Source of the DNA: Lingula anatina
Lineage: Eukaryota; Animalia; Brachiopoda
Direction: 5' to 3'
DNA length: 64,000 nt
Assembly (NCBI GenBank): GCA_051362555.1
Contig: CM120646.1
Span: 22,010,001-22,074,000 of the forward strand
How positions within the stretch are numbered: position 1 is the first letter of the stretch; every line of letters begins with the position of its first letter. Both the position numbers and the translations under genes were made by a program. Below, one piece after another: positions 1 through 12,002 of the stretch. The notes under the pieces were generated by a model. That model did no database searches. It was not told where the DNA came from and saw only the letters and a program-made list of their open reading frames with translations.

Positions 1-321
1 TGTTACTGTGACTAGACACTGGCATGAGGGTCCTTTGTGGAGCGTGTAACTCTTTTGCAGACAATAATTTGGAAAATATGGAGATCCAAAATATCTCATT
101 TAATGGTTGTCGTATGAAGTAGAAAAGGCAATGTGTTTTTGTTTGCTTCTCTGGCGAATTCCATTAATGAACTGATGTCACAATGACATCAAAGAGATAA
201 TTAAAAGTTATTAGAACACGATTTTAATCCTTATTTTCATTTACCAGTCAGTAAAATAGGAAAAAAACTGATGAAAAATGATTTGGAAAAAATATTCCAT
301 ATTAAATGTCAAGTCTGTATG

Positions 322-810
322 TAAGCTTCTTTCTCTTGTCTTTTGGAAGCATATTAGAAAGTAAATTGAGCAAAAATTTGAAAATTTTGAAAATTGTTGT
401 ACACGATACACAGTCGACATTCATTGTAAAGACACGAGCGTGCGTCGCGGGCACGCCTTTTATACACTAGGCGTGGGGGTGACGCACGTGCGACGCATTC
501 CCGGTGTACTCTCAACTTTGTTCGTTAGTTGTGAGGGCGTGCGCCTTACTCAACACGCAAATGGCTCTTGCTCCTTCATTGCTTGCGACGTGCGTCTTGC
601 ACAACGCGCGTCTCTGTTGCTAACTCCGGGCGAGGGGAGCAAGTTACACTTGCGGCCTTGCTGTTCGCAGGCTATTCGTAGAATCTTTTGGACATGTCCA
701 ACATCCTCCGTACGTGCTTACGGGCTGTCTGCGAACTCGAAATTGCGTAAGAAGGACTTGCGTGGGACGTGAGATTCTGCGCAAAATTTGGACGCAAACA
801 GCCCGTGTTT
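322..810 (+). mobile_element. Dispersed repeat family R1 (non-autonomous TIR element), internal fragment
   Basis: Reverse-complement near-copy at about 15040-15470 and partial copy at 52770-52915. Confidence 0.8.
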
Positions 811-1087
811 TTTGATAATCACCTATAATTCTGACCAATTTGCTGGGGAAACTACATTTACTGTTAGCATGAAAGGGCCTACGTATGACCCCCAGTTACA
901 CCTAACTTATCCCTTATATGCAACGACTACTATGCTGCCAGATAACGTGACGGTAACATACTAGTAGTCTATCCATACTGAACAGTTCAAACAAAATAAA
1001 GCAACGTATGTTTTCGTACCTAGAATAAATATATAAATTTCAACAGTAAAAACTAGTACCCTGTATTATAGCCGTGTTCTTTTCCAG

Positions 1088-1474
1088 CTTCCTTGCCAAG
1101 TTGTGATGACGCCATTAGTGTTAGTCTACCCTCGTCTTACTCTGTACGCACGGGGCAGAGTGCCACACTGCAGTGTACATTTACTCCTCATGCAGTGGAG
1201 TACCAAGTGAAGTGGTCGTGGAATTTAGAGGAGTATGAACTAGTTGTAGCCAACTTAACTGGTACACCTGCAGTACGTCCCAATGGTGTTCTACAGCCAG
1301 CATGGAATGAAAGGTTGTCATTCCAGCCTCCAGCCTCACTTGTCATCAGTGGTGTCACTGCAGCAGATGCTGGGACCTACACATGTGGGGTGAAGATAAC
1401 ATTAACATACCCATCAACATGTTCAATAGCTAACAGTCGGTATTTTACATCAGATACAACCCTCTCTATTACAG
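1088..1474 (+). CDS. Gene A V-set Ig exon, copy 1
   Basis: tttccag|...ACAG|gtaaat, 387 nt, phase 1-1; ATLQCTF..VKWSW..RLSF..ASLVISGVTAADAGTYTC V-set signature. Confidence 0.9.
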
Positions 1475-1486
1475 GTAAATCCGGCA

Positions 1487-1572
<86 letters not shown>

Positions 1573-4500
1573 CTGTCAAGTAAGTACAGCATGTAAATAG
1601 ACAATTTGTTATTCTACTGTGAATGAAAAAATAAAAAATACATGTATTTATAATAAGCAGGCTGAGTATGTAATTTATTAGTAACACGGCACAAGAAATG
1701 TCAGGATATTATTTTCTCATCTGCTTCAGATGAATTCTTATCACAATCCCATTTAGGATTCAACAGCTTTATGTTCTACATTTTACCTCTTGTCTTCAAA
1801 CATACAAAACTGATGAATATGTATAAAATGCAGGTCAAGTTCAAAAATCGGCCTGATCCGACTATTTTTCAGTATATTTTATCCGCTGTTATAAAAATAA
1901 AATATAAACCACTTTTACCTTTTGTCTTCAAACATACAGAAGTGATGAATATTCATAAAACGCAGGTCATGAACAAAAGTCAGCATGATCAGACAATATT
2001 TTCATAAGTTATGCTGTTTTATTTTCTTTTTTCAGAATATTTTATCCACTGTTATAATAATAAAATAAAAATTGTCTGGTTATGTCATTCCAGCTTCCTT
2101 GCCAAGTTGTGATGATGCCATTAATGTTAGTCTACCCTCGTCTTACCCTGTACGCACTGGACACAGCGTCACACTGCAGTGTACATTTACTCCTCATGCA
2201 GTGGAGTACCAAGTGAAGTGGTCGTGGAATTTAGAGGAGTATGAACTAGTTGTAGCCAACTTAACTGGTACACCTGCAGTACGTCCCAATGGTGTTCTAC
2301 AGCCAGCATGGAATGAAAGGTTGTCATTCCAGTCTCCAGCCTCACTTGTCATCAGTGGTGTCACTGCAGCAGATGTTGGGACCTACACATGTGGGGTGAA
2401 GATAACATTAACATACCCATCAACATGTTCAATAGCTAACAGTCGGTATTTCACATCAGATACAACCCTCTCTATTACAGGTAAATCCGGCAGTTGTAGA
2501 TGTTGCAGATTCTTGTAAAATATTTAAAATAGATTTTTTCTATTGCTGTCAAGATACATGTAAGTAGAGCATGTAAACAGACCGTATGTTATTCTACTGA
2601 GAATAAAAAAATTATAATAAATAGATTATGTAATATAACTGAGTATGTTAATAACGTGGCACAAAAATGTTGTCAGAATATTATTTTCTCATCTGCTTCA
2701 GATGAATTCTTGTCATAATCCCATTTAAAGTTCAACAGCTTTATGTTTTAGTTCCAGTTGAAGGTGTTTCTGTAACCCGTTCACGTGCCACAGGACATGG
2801 TGTAACCAAGGGAGACACTGCATATCTCAGTTGTACGTCAACATCAGGATCAACACCCATAACATATACATGGCTCCTGAAGAATACACCATTACAGCAG
2901 ACTGGCAGTGAGTTGACAATCAGCAATATACAACCAAACCAAGCAGGACCATACAGATGTAATGCCACCAACACCATATCATGGCAACAGTCCGGAACAT
3001 TCACATTTAATGTGTTGTGTAAGTGTCTCTGAACAAAAATTGCCAACTTCGACTAATGGGTAACTGTTACAATGATGATTTATTTCAGTGAATTTAAACA
3101 ATAAGTAGCCTTACAGAAAGAAGGGGATCGAATAATTAAATCTACAGTTATTATACAGAGCAGGCCCATGAACGTGTAAAGCAATTAATATATACAGAGA
3201 TTGCATGAAATAATTATGCATTTTAAACTGTAAAAAAAGGTAATGAATTGAAACATAAATGGATATATATATTTTATCTCAATGCCCTGACAACTGGCAG
3301 AACCTTTCCATACTGACAGGTTACAGTACAAATCAGCACTACCAGCTGTCCACTCGTAATACAATTGTTAAAAGAGAACTGGTATATAAAGTGGTATATT
3401 TTCTTCAGATGCCCCTGACAACTGGCAGAACCTACCTACACTGACAGGTTACAACTCAGCAGTAGACAAACTGGTCACTGGGGAGACATCAGTGACCTTG
3501 GCCTGTAGTGCACCTGATGGGAATCCCTTAGCGTCCTTAAGCTGGACATCAGGGTGTCCAAGTGGTACAAGGAGTGACCATTCCACCTCAAACATGTCAG
3601 AGATCAGACTGCAGTTTACCGTACAAACCATTCACCATCAAACCACGTGTGGTTGTCGTGCTACACATGCACAGGGCACACCTACATCTAGGGAGATACA
3701 AGTCACTTTTCTTGTTATACGTACGTAATAGTTTGTTTAGAATCCTTGTTAAGTGACTTTTCTTGTTACATGTGAGTAATTGTTTGTATTCAGTGAATTT
3801 TATCATGAGATAAAATGAATGAAACGTATATGTTATTGCCTTGAAGATATTTAGCTTTCCGTCTTTTTAATTAAACTCAATTCTCAGTTGTAAGTTCATG
3901 TATATGTACCGGTAATTGTCAATGTTCGATATTAGTATGCTAGAAACATTTTGTGATTGGTATATTTATCAAATCTTTCATTTTTCCATCTAAACATCCA
4001 GACCCTCCGAGCAGTGTGGGTATCACACCAAGTCCTCCATTACCGTGGTTGGCGACAGGACAGAACCCAACCACCAATGCCCAGCTGACATGTTCAGCTA
4101 CTGGTGGATATCCAACACCAACGTTATCATGGCAACGTAACTCTGTGTCTGTACCAGGGTCAACAACGTACACTTTCCAATCTGTAAACATCAGTGAAAA
4201 CCAAATGGAATACAAGTGCCTGGCTTCAAATGAATACACTACCACAAAGGGAGTTACTGTTCAGAAGGCGCTACGCCCTGAGGTTCAGTGTAAGTATGTA
4301 CAGTGCATGGTGTCGAGTTTGCCTGGTGTTTGTTGGCATATCAGGGTGTGGATTGCCATAGTGAAGTATGTAAAGATACTGTAATTAATCTGATTGAAAA
4401 TAAAGTTGGAAGCAGCTATTTCTACTTTTCTTACCAATTTTGTTTTTATTTCATACATTAATATTTTCAAACATTATAATTGTTTTCTCATTTATGCATA

Positions 4501-7287
4501 TGAATTGGTATTATATAATTGTTTTCATACTCTACATTTCCATAGACCACCCTATAGTTCAGGTAAGCGTCTCCCCCAGCAGTACCAGGAAGGTCAACGA
4601 GTCTGTCACTTTAATATGTACAGCACACGGCAATCCAACTGTCACTTCCTATAGATGGCAGAAAGGTAGCTGGACAACAGGACAAGCCAACCATACTATA
4701 CAACAACTGACCAAGGATGATACAGGACAGTATACCTGTACAGTAACAGCCAACTCAGCCAGACATGGGGATCTTATCTCTACTAGGGATATTACTCTTA
4801 CTGTACAATGTAAGTACCTAGTTGGCAGCGCGAGCGAGTTATTTCCAAAGTTGTAATTAATTCTCGACTGCGCTCGGAGGAGATCTCATACCTTGACGCA
4901 TGCGCAGTAGGAAGTTAGAAAGTAAATGGCGGTCGCAGTTGCTTTAAAAATGAGTCTGTCGATTTTGTGACGACTCAACTGATGAACCCCACAGCTTAGA
5001 GATACTTCTGCGCATGCGTCAAGGTGTCAGAGTCTCCTCCAAGCGCAGCCGAGAATTAATTACACGGCTGTTTCACAATCAGGGTGAACAATTAAATGTG
5101 GTTAATGTTACAAGTGTCTGATAAATTAACAATTTATGATTGGAGATTGCTGATAGACTAATATCAAAGACACTGTTCATAGGAGCAAAATAAAAAAAGA
5201 ATTATAATAATCGGATTACAATTTACAAAAATATAGCCAATTATGTGTTCAAAAAGTAACTATTTTTAGCTGTTACGGTGGGTCGTTTGCAATTAAGGTC
5301 ATAAAGATGATGCATTAGCTCTTTATGTCAATGATTTATGGTGAATATGATATTGGTATATAATTCTCACAACATCTGTCTTCTCTTCTAGCAGATTCAT
5401 CCAAAGATATGTTCTGAAAAAAAAATTGAACCATTTTGCAGAAACGGGCTTTGATACACATTTCACTTATTTTTGTTAATGCAATGAAAAACATATTTGA
5501 TTAAGCCAAATATTACTTTGAAGTCACCTACGTGATAATAAGATGAATTAACCATGTTATGACTTAAACATAATAAAGGAGTTGTGCATATGTAACCATT
5601 ATTATTAATGCTATGGTATTTATAATCATGAGCCCCTTGGTGTCTCCTACTTTTTGTAGTGTCCGTACCCCCCCTATCTGTTTTATTTAGGAATTACAGC
5701 ATATTCTGTCTGATTTTATTATTTTATAATGTCTACACTGTCATTTATTTTGCAGGAAGAAAATAGCACATAACCCCTTATTACGAAAAGATATGCAAGA
5801 ATTTGGTGCCAAATGTAGTGTCCGTACTCCCACTGTAGTGTCCGTACCCCCAAGTTATACATTAACCATTGGATAACTGACTACTTATCATTGATGATAA
5901 AACATCAAAATATGGTGCAAAATATTGTTTTAGACCATATAAAATACATTCATGTCTTGTGATGTTTAGAAAAAACATTGCATATAAATATATATTCGAT
6001 AAAGTGATACTGATTAATTAGAGTCAGGCAAGAGATTTTGCAAAGAAATAATATCAGTAAAGATGCTACTCTTTGCATTCAAAATGAACAATATTGGTTT
6101 GATTATATTGCCAAATATAGCTAATTGCAAAATAATAAACTGTATATGGATTAATATTCTATGGATTAATGCATATGATATATTTTGAGGCGGTACGAAC
6201 ACTTCAATACATGCATAATTAACAGTACATTTATTATACTCTCAGTGAATGAAGTATCAAATATGGATGACAATAAACAAAAAGCCAAATAGGAAAAAAA
6301 GGGATCCTGATAATTTCACTTTCAGCAAAAAATAATTTGAAAAAAAAAAAAAAAAACGTCAAAGAGCTAATATCCGTAAAGATAATCTTGCCGAAGCACG
6401 TAAGGAAGAGGTTATACGTTGAATGCACGTAACATAGAAGAGAAGCAAAAAAATCAAGAATCCTCCTAGGCTGGCCCAGCAAGAAAGACTAAAGTAAAGA
6501 GTAGAAATTAGGGCATACTGACAGAGAGTTAAGGAGAAGCAGAAACCCAACAATCCAGAAAACGGTAGAACAAGAGGTGCAAATTAACGAGAGATGAAAA
6601 AGAAGAAAAAACTCCAAAAGCAGGAATCAAAACAGAAAAAAAAGAAATGAATAAATAAAAAAGGTCAAGCAACAGAAAGAAAAGTTAAAATTAAAGTCTG
6701 GTGAATGAAAGTCAAACTGAATGACACACAACCAAGCTCCAGCATCCACTGAAAAACGTGCTATGGTGTTTCTCTAAAAAACTCTTTGATTAATACATGT
6801 ACTTGTATCCTTATGGTTAAAGTACTGCTGTTATATCTTTAGTTTGATATTTTTTTAGAATTTTGACAAAAACAACTGGTAAACAATATGATATTTCAGT
6901 TACAAAAGCATCAGTTACTTGAATGTGTAGTGTCCGTACCCCCAGATCATAGTCTAAGGGGCGTTCTGTTAATTTGAGCGTAGCACAAAAAGTAATTAAT
7001 ATTGTGCTCTAAAAATTGTAGATATCATAGTTAAGATATTATTCTTTTTATCTGTTACAAAATTAAACAAATGCATCAGAGTTCATTTTTCTCTCAATGT
7101 GACCCCTATTTTGTACCCCTGATTGTGAAACAGCCGTACAGCTTTGGAAGTAACTGGCTCGCGCTGCCAGTAATTACGCCGTGGTGTATTCAGGGCGCAG
7201 ACCGTGATCACAAGATACCGCCAATAATTTTTAGATTTTTAGAAAATAGAGTTTTCATGTGAACGAACCCTAAAACATTCATTATTA

Positions 7288-7348
<61 letters not shown>

Positions 7349-10300
7349 TATACTGACAAAACTGAAATTTGTAACTCATTAGATATTTTCTCTTGGTATG
7401 CCTATGACATGCTTTGGATGTTAACTAAAACAAGCTGTCTTTTGGTATTTATTTTTTTCATAACATCCTCTCAGATTATCTTATACTAGAAGAGAGCACA
7501 GATGCCTGCAAAGACAGCTCAAATCTCATTTTGTGTCTGTACATACTGTATATACATCACCTGTATCTTATTTTCCAAATGTTATGGCGTTTTATCTCTT
7601 TTTCAGCATATATGCAATACGGATAGCATATTTCGAGGAAAACCATTAAGCCAATTGTCTTTAAACTTAAAGAAGTGACCGATATTATTGGAAAAAGGTC
7701 AAGTTCAAAAACCAGCTTGATCGAACCATCTTGCCATAAGCTGTGCTGTTTCCCCTACTTTCAGCATTCAGGTATAGGGAAGACCGGGGCTAGTTGGCCC
7801 AGTTAGACACTTTTGGCCTTGTAGAGCCAACTAGGAATGTGTTAGAGTAACATAACCGTTTTCAAAGTAAGCCCCATGAAATAAACTACATATGCAACGT
7901 CATTATTTTTCAAATTTAATGCCAGATGGCTCACAATTTGACAAAAAACGCAACTGATTTATTGAGGTTTCCGTCCGTCACGTTGTATGTGTTGTAAGAA
8001 TCAAAATATCTATCAACAAAATTTTTCTTTTAATTGAGAATAAATTATAAAGCAGGTTTTTGAATGAAAACGAATAATAAATTTTCGTTTTAAAAGAAAC
8101 TAACAAATTCAGTTTTAAACTGGTAATTATTTGTTTCAACGATGGTCTGTAGCTCTTTTGCGCACAAAGGATTGTGGTCAATATGGGGGTCCAACTTACC
8201 CCGAGCCAAGGGGGGCAACTAGACCCAGGTCCACATCTTTTAAATTTAAGGATTGTAGCCGTTAATTGTGCAAGAATGGACTACGTTAATACAATTTTGT
8301 AACATTTCAAACAATTAGCTTTAGTCTGATGCCATATAGGGCCTACGTATACTTTGTTCGATCAAAAGCCTATGAAAATAGATTTTTAAATCTCTTAAAC
8401 AAAATTACTTTTAGGTGCAAAAATCGTTTATTTGGACTCACCGCTTAAGTAAATTTTTTTAACGTCCGACACTTCCTTAGCATTGTAGGCTACGGTCACT
8501 TTACAAGAGTATGTGGCCATTTTTTTTTTACCTCGAAGTTACTTTTTCATAAATTGCCCGGGGGGGGGGGGGGGAGCAACTTACCCCCGGGGTCCAACTA
8601 GCCCCGGTCTCCCCTATATGCAGCAAAACAGATAACACGATATAATAATATATCTTCAACCACCACAAAAATGGGAAATGGTGCATGTGTGTTCTTGTTT
8701 CTTCCACTCCCTTTGAATATTTACAACGTAAGTTACATCATTATTGTTATTACATTTTTTTAAATAATTTCAGATAGGCCAACTGTCACTGTCACAGTTA
8801 AGGGTAATCCGGTGACAGTGACCGAGGGGGATGACGTCACGTTACAATGTACTGCACGTGGCAACCCTCCTGTATATACGGATTATAAGTGGACGCACAT
8901 TGCGTTTAGTAGTTTAGAGTCTCAAGTAGTGTCTACTAGGAGAGAGTTGGTGTTGTCACGTGTCACATATCTAGACAACGGTGAATACGTTTGTGGTGTT
9001 AGAAACAGCGTAGGACAAGGGTTGGGGAAGAAGAGGCTGGACGCATTGTGTAAGTATAGACATTATAATAGGATATGATATCGGAGAACCAAATATGAAT
9101 GGAGTAGGCCTATATGGTAGTAAAAATGCGATGTGAACAGAATCTGAGAGTAAAAATGGATTAAATATAAATGCATTTTCAACAAAATGTTAAAAAGTAA
9201 GATATCAGTGATTATTTGATAAAACTTATTTCAGATTCACCAAAGATCGCAGTGGGATCACGTATAGTTGCTGCATCTATCGGCGAACCAGCCACATTGT
9301 CTATCTCAGTTATGGCAAACCCAGCCAATGTTTCGTTTACCTGGAAGAAAAGTGACGGTGATAAGAAATTGCCAGTTGTCTCCAGTATTGTCCTTACTGA
9401 TCCAAGTTCATTGAAAAGTAAACTGTTTATTCCCAGTGTACAAGGAAGTGATTACGGACAGTATGTGTGCACAGTGTCACACACAGTGGGTAGCCGGGAA
9501 TTTACTTTTGAGATAAGACCGAAAGGTACAAGAAAATTCTTTGACAGTGTCAGTCATATCTTGCGTGATGTTTAGAATCCGTAAAACGATACAAATATAA
9601 ATAATGACATATGGATTTTCTTTATTTCATTTATTGGCATTAGAGAATCTAACCATAAAAAGTTCGTTTTTAATCCGCATGTACATTTTCACACACTGTG
9701 TCCGATATCCATGTCACTTTACCTTTTAATCAATGCCAGGACCCCCAGAAAGACCCACAGATTTCAGGATCTTAAGCTGGACATCGGTTTCCGTCACATT
9801 AACCTGGATGTCCGGATTTAACGGAGGCAGTAATCAATCATTTCACATCCAGTACAAGGAGACGTCTAGAACTCGGTGGCAAAGGAATGGCGAACTCGTC
9901 TTCCCTGATCCTGGTTACATGAAGATATCCAAGGCAAAAGTACCCGATCTCAACCCAGCCACGTCGTATGATTTTCGTTTGGTTGCTATCAACAATCACC
10001 CGTCCACCAATAGCAGTGGCTTTACTGGCGCTTTTACACAGAAAACAAAAGGTATTTTTTGTTGTTTAAACGTGCATGTCCAAAAACAAGAATGAAGCTT
10101 TGGATAATTTCAGAAGGATGGCCTAATTTCGCTATGAACCACATATTAAACTTTCACGTGATTTATGGTTCATTCCTCACATCTATAAAACTATGAGCCA
10201 GTTAAAAGTGAGCGTTTTCTGCTAGATATTGAAGTATACATGCAAATATACTCAGTTTATGATTAAGCAATGCGTCGTTCATTCTATTAAATAATGACTA

Positions 10301-12002
10301 CTTTTTTTTCAGCCAGACCCAATGTCCTAGACGATAAGTTATCCGTCTCCATCATGTCCACTGTGGCTACTGTTGATTGGACAATATCAAGTGGAATCGA
10401 GGACATCACCAGCTACGTGGTTAAATACTGTGAGAGAGGCACCATGATTTGTAACAGGCAGAGATTGACAAACAGTACAGCTACCTCCGCCATTATAACC
10501 CTAGATGAAGGATTCCAGGACTACACGTTCTCACTGCTGGTTTATGAAGAAGATGATCTGGTTAAGGTTATAGATCAACCCACATCGGGTGAGAAAGGTG
10601 TCAAAATATCAACTTACCAATCCAAACTATTCACCCTATACACTAAAGTGCACATACTAGTTAGTTTTATAATAAGGGCAATGGAATTAATCTTTGCATC
10701 TTCTTCAAGAAAATATGCATATGTTATAAATGCATTGTTCAGAAGCGTTTTTCCGAAATCTGTGTGTAATAAATGTCGATTTTCTGACAACACGTTAAAC
10801 CATAACCCTTTGTGTAATTTCATGTTGAATAACCCGTGATCTATGAATCTGTAGGCCGATACATTATCCACAATACAATGTTAATATCTAATTACCGTTA
10901 TTTACCGAAATAATTGTATCGTTTATACAGATCTAATCGAAAATCAAGTAGGCATGATAGCTGGCATCATCGTTGCTGTACTCGTGCTGCTTATATTGGC
11001 AATTATAACCACGGTGGTAGCGCGTCATGCTCAGAAGAAGAAAAGGGGAAGAGGTAGGACTGTTTTTTTATAATTGTTCAGTGGTAAATTGTCTTACACA
11101 TTTTAGTTTTAATAAATTAATGTGACACATAGTATTACACATGTTAGTGTAAATAACATGCATTGCACAATGTGGCGTCTCAGTTCAGAATAAGAATTAA
11201 AAAAAAAAAAAAGAGTTTATATCAGAATTAACAGAAAAGTCCATCACCCAAAGTATAACTTGATGCACCTGAATAATTCCTAATATTTAGATGTCCCTGA
11301 CCGAGAGACATCAGCGACAGGTGGGATAACTGAGATGAATGACCTAAACTCACAACAACAAGTGGTGAGTAGAATTTATCTGCGTTTCATTGTTTGAAAA
11401 CAAGGTTGTGTTGGGCGTTTTTCGTTGTAAGGCAGTATTGTTATGATTATTGTCAGTGTTATGTTTCAGTTATGGTTGGCATATCATTATAGAATTGACA
11501 ATTGTATGTGTTTTATTTAATTCTTCTGAGGGTTTAATTATTTCTCCGGTGTTCCATTTTATTCTATTGTAATTTAGAACTTGCCCAAAATATATGTATG
11601 TAATGGTTTGTCCATGTGTGAAATACACAATACGGCTGTATATAATAAGTCACGTACTCACCAGCTGCGAATTACTTTAACCCTTTGGCAATGATACTTG
11701 AATATCCATATCCCAGATTTAGCATGGAATTAGCTATTCCATGGACACGTTATCGCTTTTTTAGTAGTTTTACTTAATTTGCAAACAGATGGAGAAGTAT
11801 AATTCTATTTTTTCTTTTAACGGTTTTTCTTGCCTATTTACCCTTTAATATCTTTAATCTCGTAAACATACCTGTTTTCTTATGTTCTATTTTGTTTCAG
11901 AAATCGACCGCTAATGAAAATAACGTGTATGATGTTCTTGACCAACAAGGTCTTGAAGCAGCAATCTACACTGACCTGCAACCCCATAATGAAATACGAT
12001 AA
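1088..12002 (+). CDS. Gene A: kinase-less Ig-superfamily type I membrane receptor (2 V-set + 6 Ig + 2 FN3 + TM + short tyrosine-motif tail); 5'-partial
   Basis: AG/GT-bounded, frame-compatible exons: 1088-1474 (V), 2094-2480 (V), 2758-3018, 3409-3720, 4002-4289, 4546-4809, 8774-9049, 9235-9525 (Ig, with C..W..YxC-type motifs), 9740-10051 and 10313-10588 (FN3, e.g. PPERP..LTWMSGFNGG..F.IQY..LNPATSYDFRL), 10931-11053 (TM: VGMIAGIIVAVLVLLILAIITTVVA then RHAQKKKRGR), 11291-11364, 11901-12002 (KSTANENNVYDVLDQQGLEAAIYTDLQPHNEIR-TAA). No signal-peptide exon found in the window. Confidence 0.85.
1491..1570. repeat. (TA)n microsatellite
   Basis: Pure TA run; others at about 7293-7348, 18456-18496, 18525-18595 and 61399-61464. 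Confidence 0.95.
1780..2060 (+). repeat. Old dispersed repeat with about 140-bp subunits; related copies at about 7600-7775 and 39030-39300
   Basis: Shared CAGGTCAAGTTCAAAAA..GATC.GAC..TTTTCAG.ATAT motifs. Confidence 0.6.
2094..2480 (+). CDS. Gene A V-set Ig exon, copy 2 (tandem duplicate)
   Basis: Same 387-nt length and splice sites as 1088-1474; six amino-acid differences; the downstream intron is duplicated too. Confidence 0.9.
4820..7172. mobile_element. Fold-back MITE split by a nested 2.1-kb element
   Basis: Left arm TGGCAGCGCGAGCGAGTTATTTCCAAAGTTGTAATTAATTCTCG...TTGACGCATGCGCAG; the complementary right arm is broken at 5064 and resumes at 7137 (..GCTTTGGAAGTAACTGGCTCGCGCTGCCA). Confidence 0.85.
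5065..7136. mobile_element. Non-autonomous DNA transposon, about 2.07 kb, 4-bp TSD
   Basis: TIRs CGGCTGTTTCACAATCAGGG / CCCTGATTGTGAAACAGCCG flanked by TACA on both sides; internal TGTAGTGTCCGTAC repeats at about 5655, 5815, 5834 and 6926; no transposase ORF. Confidence 0.85.
7777..8614. mobile_element. Non-autonomous TIR element with TA(TA) target duplication (Tc1/mariner-pogo-like)
   Basis: tata-GGGAAGACCGGGGCTAGTTGG ... CCAACTAGCCCCGGTCTCCCC-tata. Confidence 0.85.
11901..12002 (+). CDS. Gene A terminal coding exon with tandem YxxL motifs
   Basis: tttgtttcag acceptor, phase 0 matching the donor at 11364; translates ...VYDVLDQQGLEAAIYTDLQ... with TAA at 12000-12002. Confidence 0.75.
   Translation, partial: KSTANENNVYDVLDQQGLEAAIYTDLQPHNEIR

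Noticed and set aside
1-320. Signal-peptide exon of gene A after the acceptor-like TTTTGCAG at 60
   Set aside because: The frames close quickly and no hydrophobic leader followed by a phase-1 donor was found.
440-838. ORFs of 60-240 aa in R1 repeats (also 14914-16040 and 52670-53390)
   Set aside because: They lie in a dispersed TIR repeat, frames are not conserved between copies and no domain is recognisable.
1377-1687. ORFs with IYIYIY runs (also 61320-61526)
   Set aside because: Translation of (TA)n microsatellites in introns.
1088-2480. V(D)J-like somatic rearrangement of V exons
   Set aside because: Each V exon already includes its G strand and has normal splice sites; I saw no heptamer-spacer-nonamer signals or separate J segments.
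2741-3046. Minus-strand ORFs overlapping Ig exons (also 3940-4245, 20024-20296, 62129-62629)
   Set aside because: Antisense shadows of the plus-strand exons.
3751-3777. Duplicated donor as an alternative 5' splice site extending the 312-nt exon
   Set aside because: An in-frame TAA follows the first donor in both A and B, so the extension would truncate the protein.
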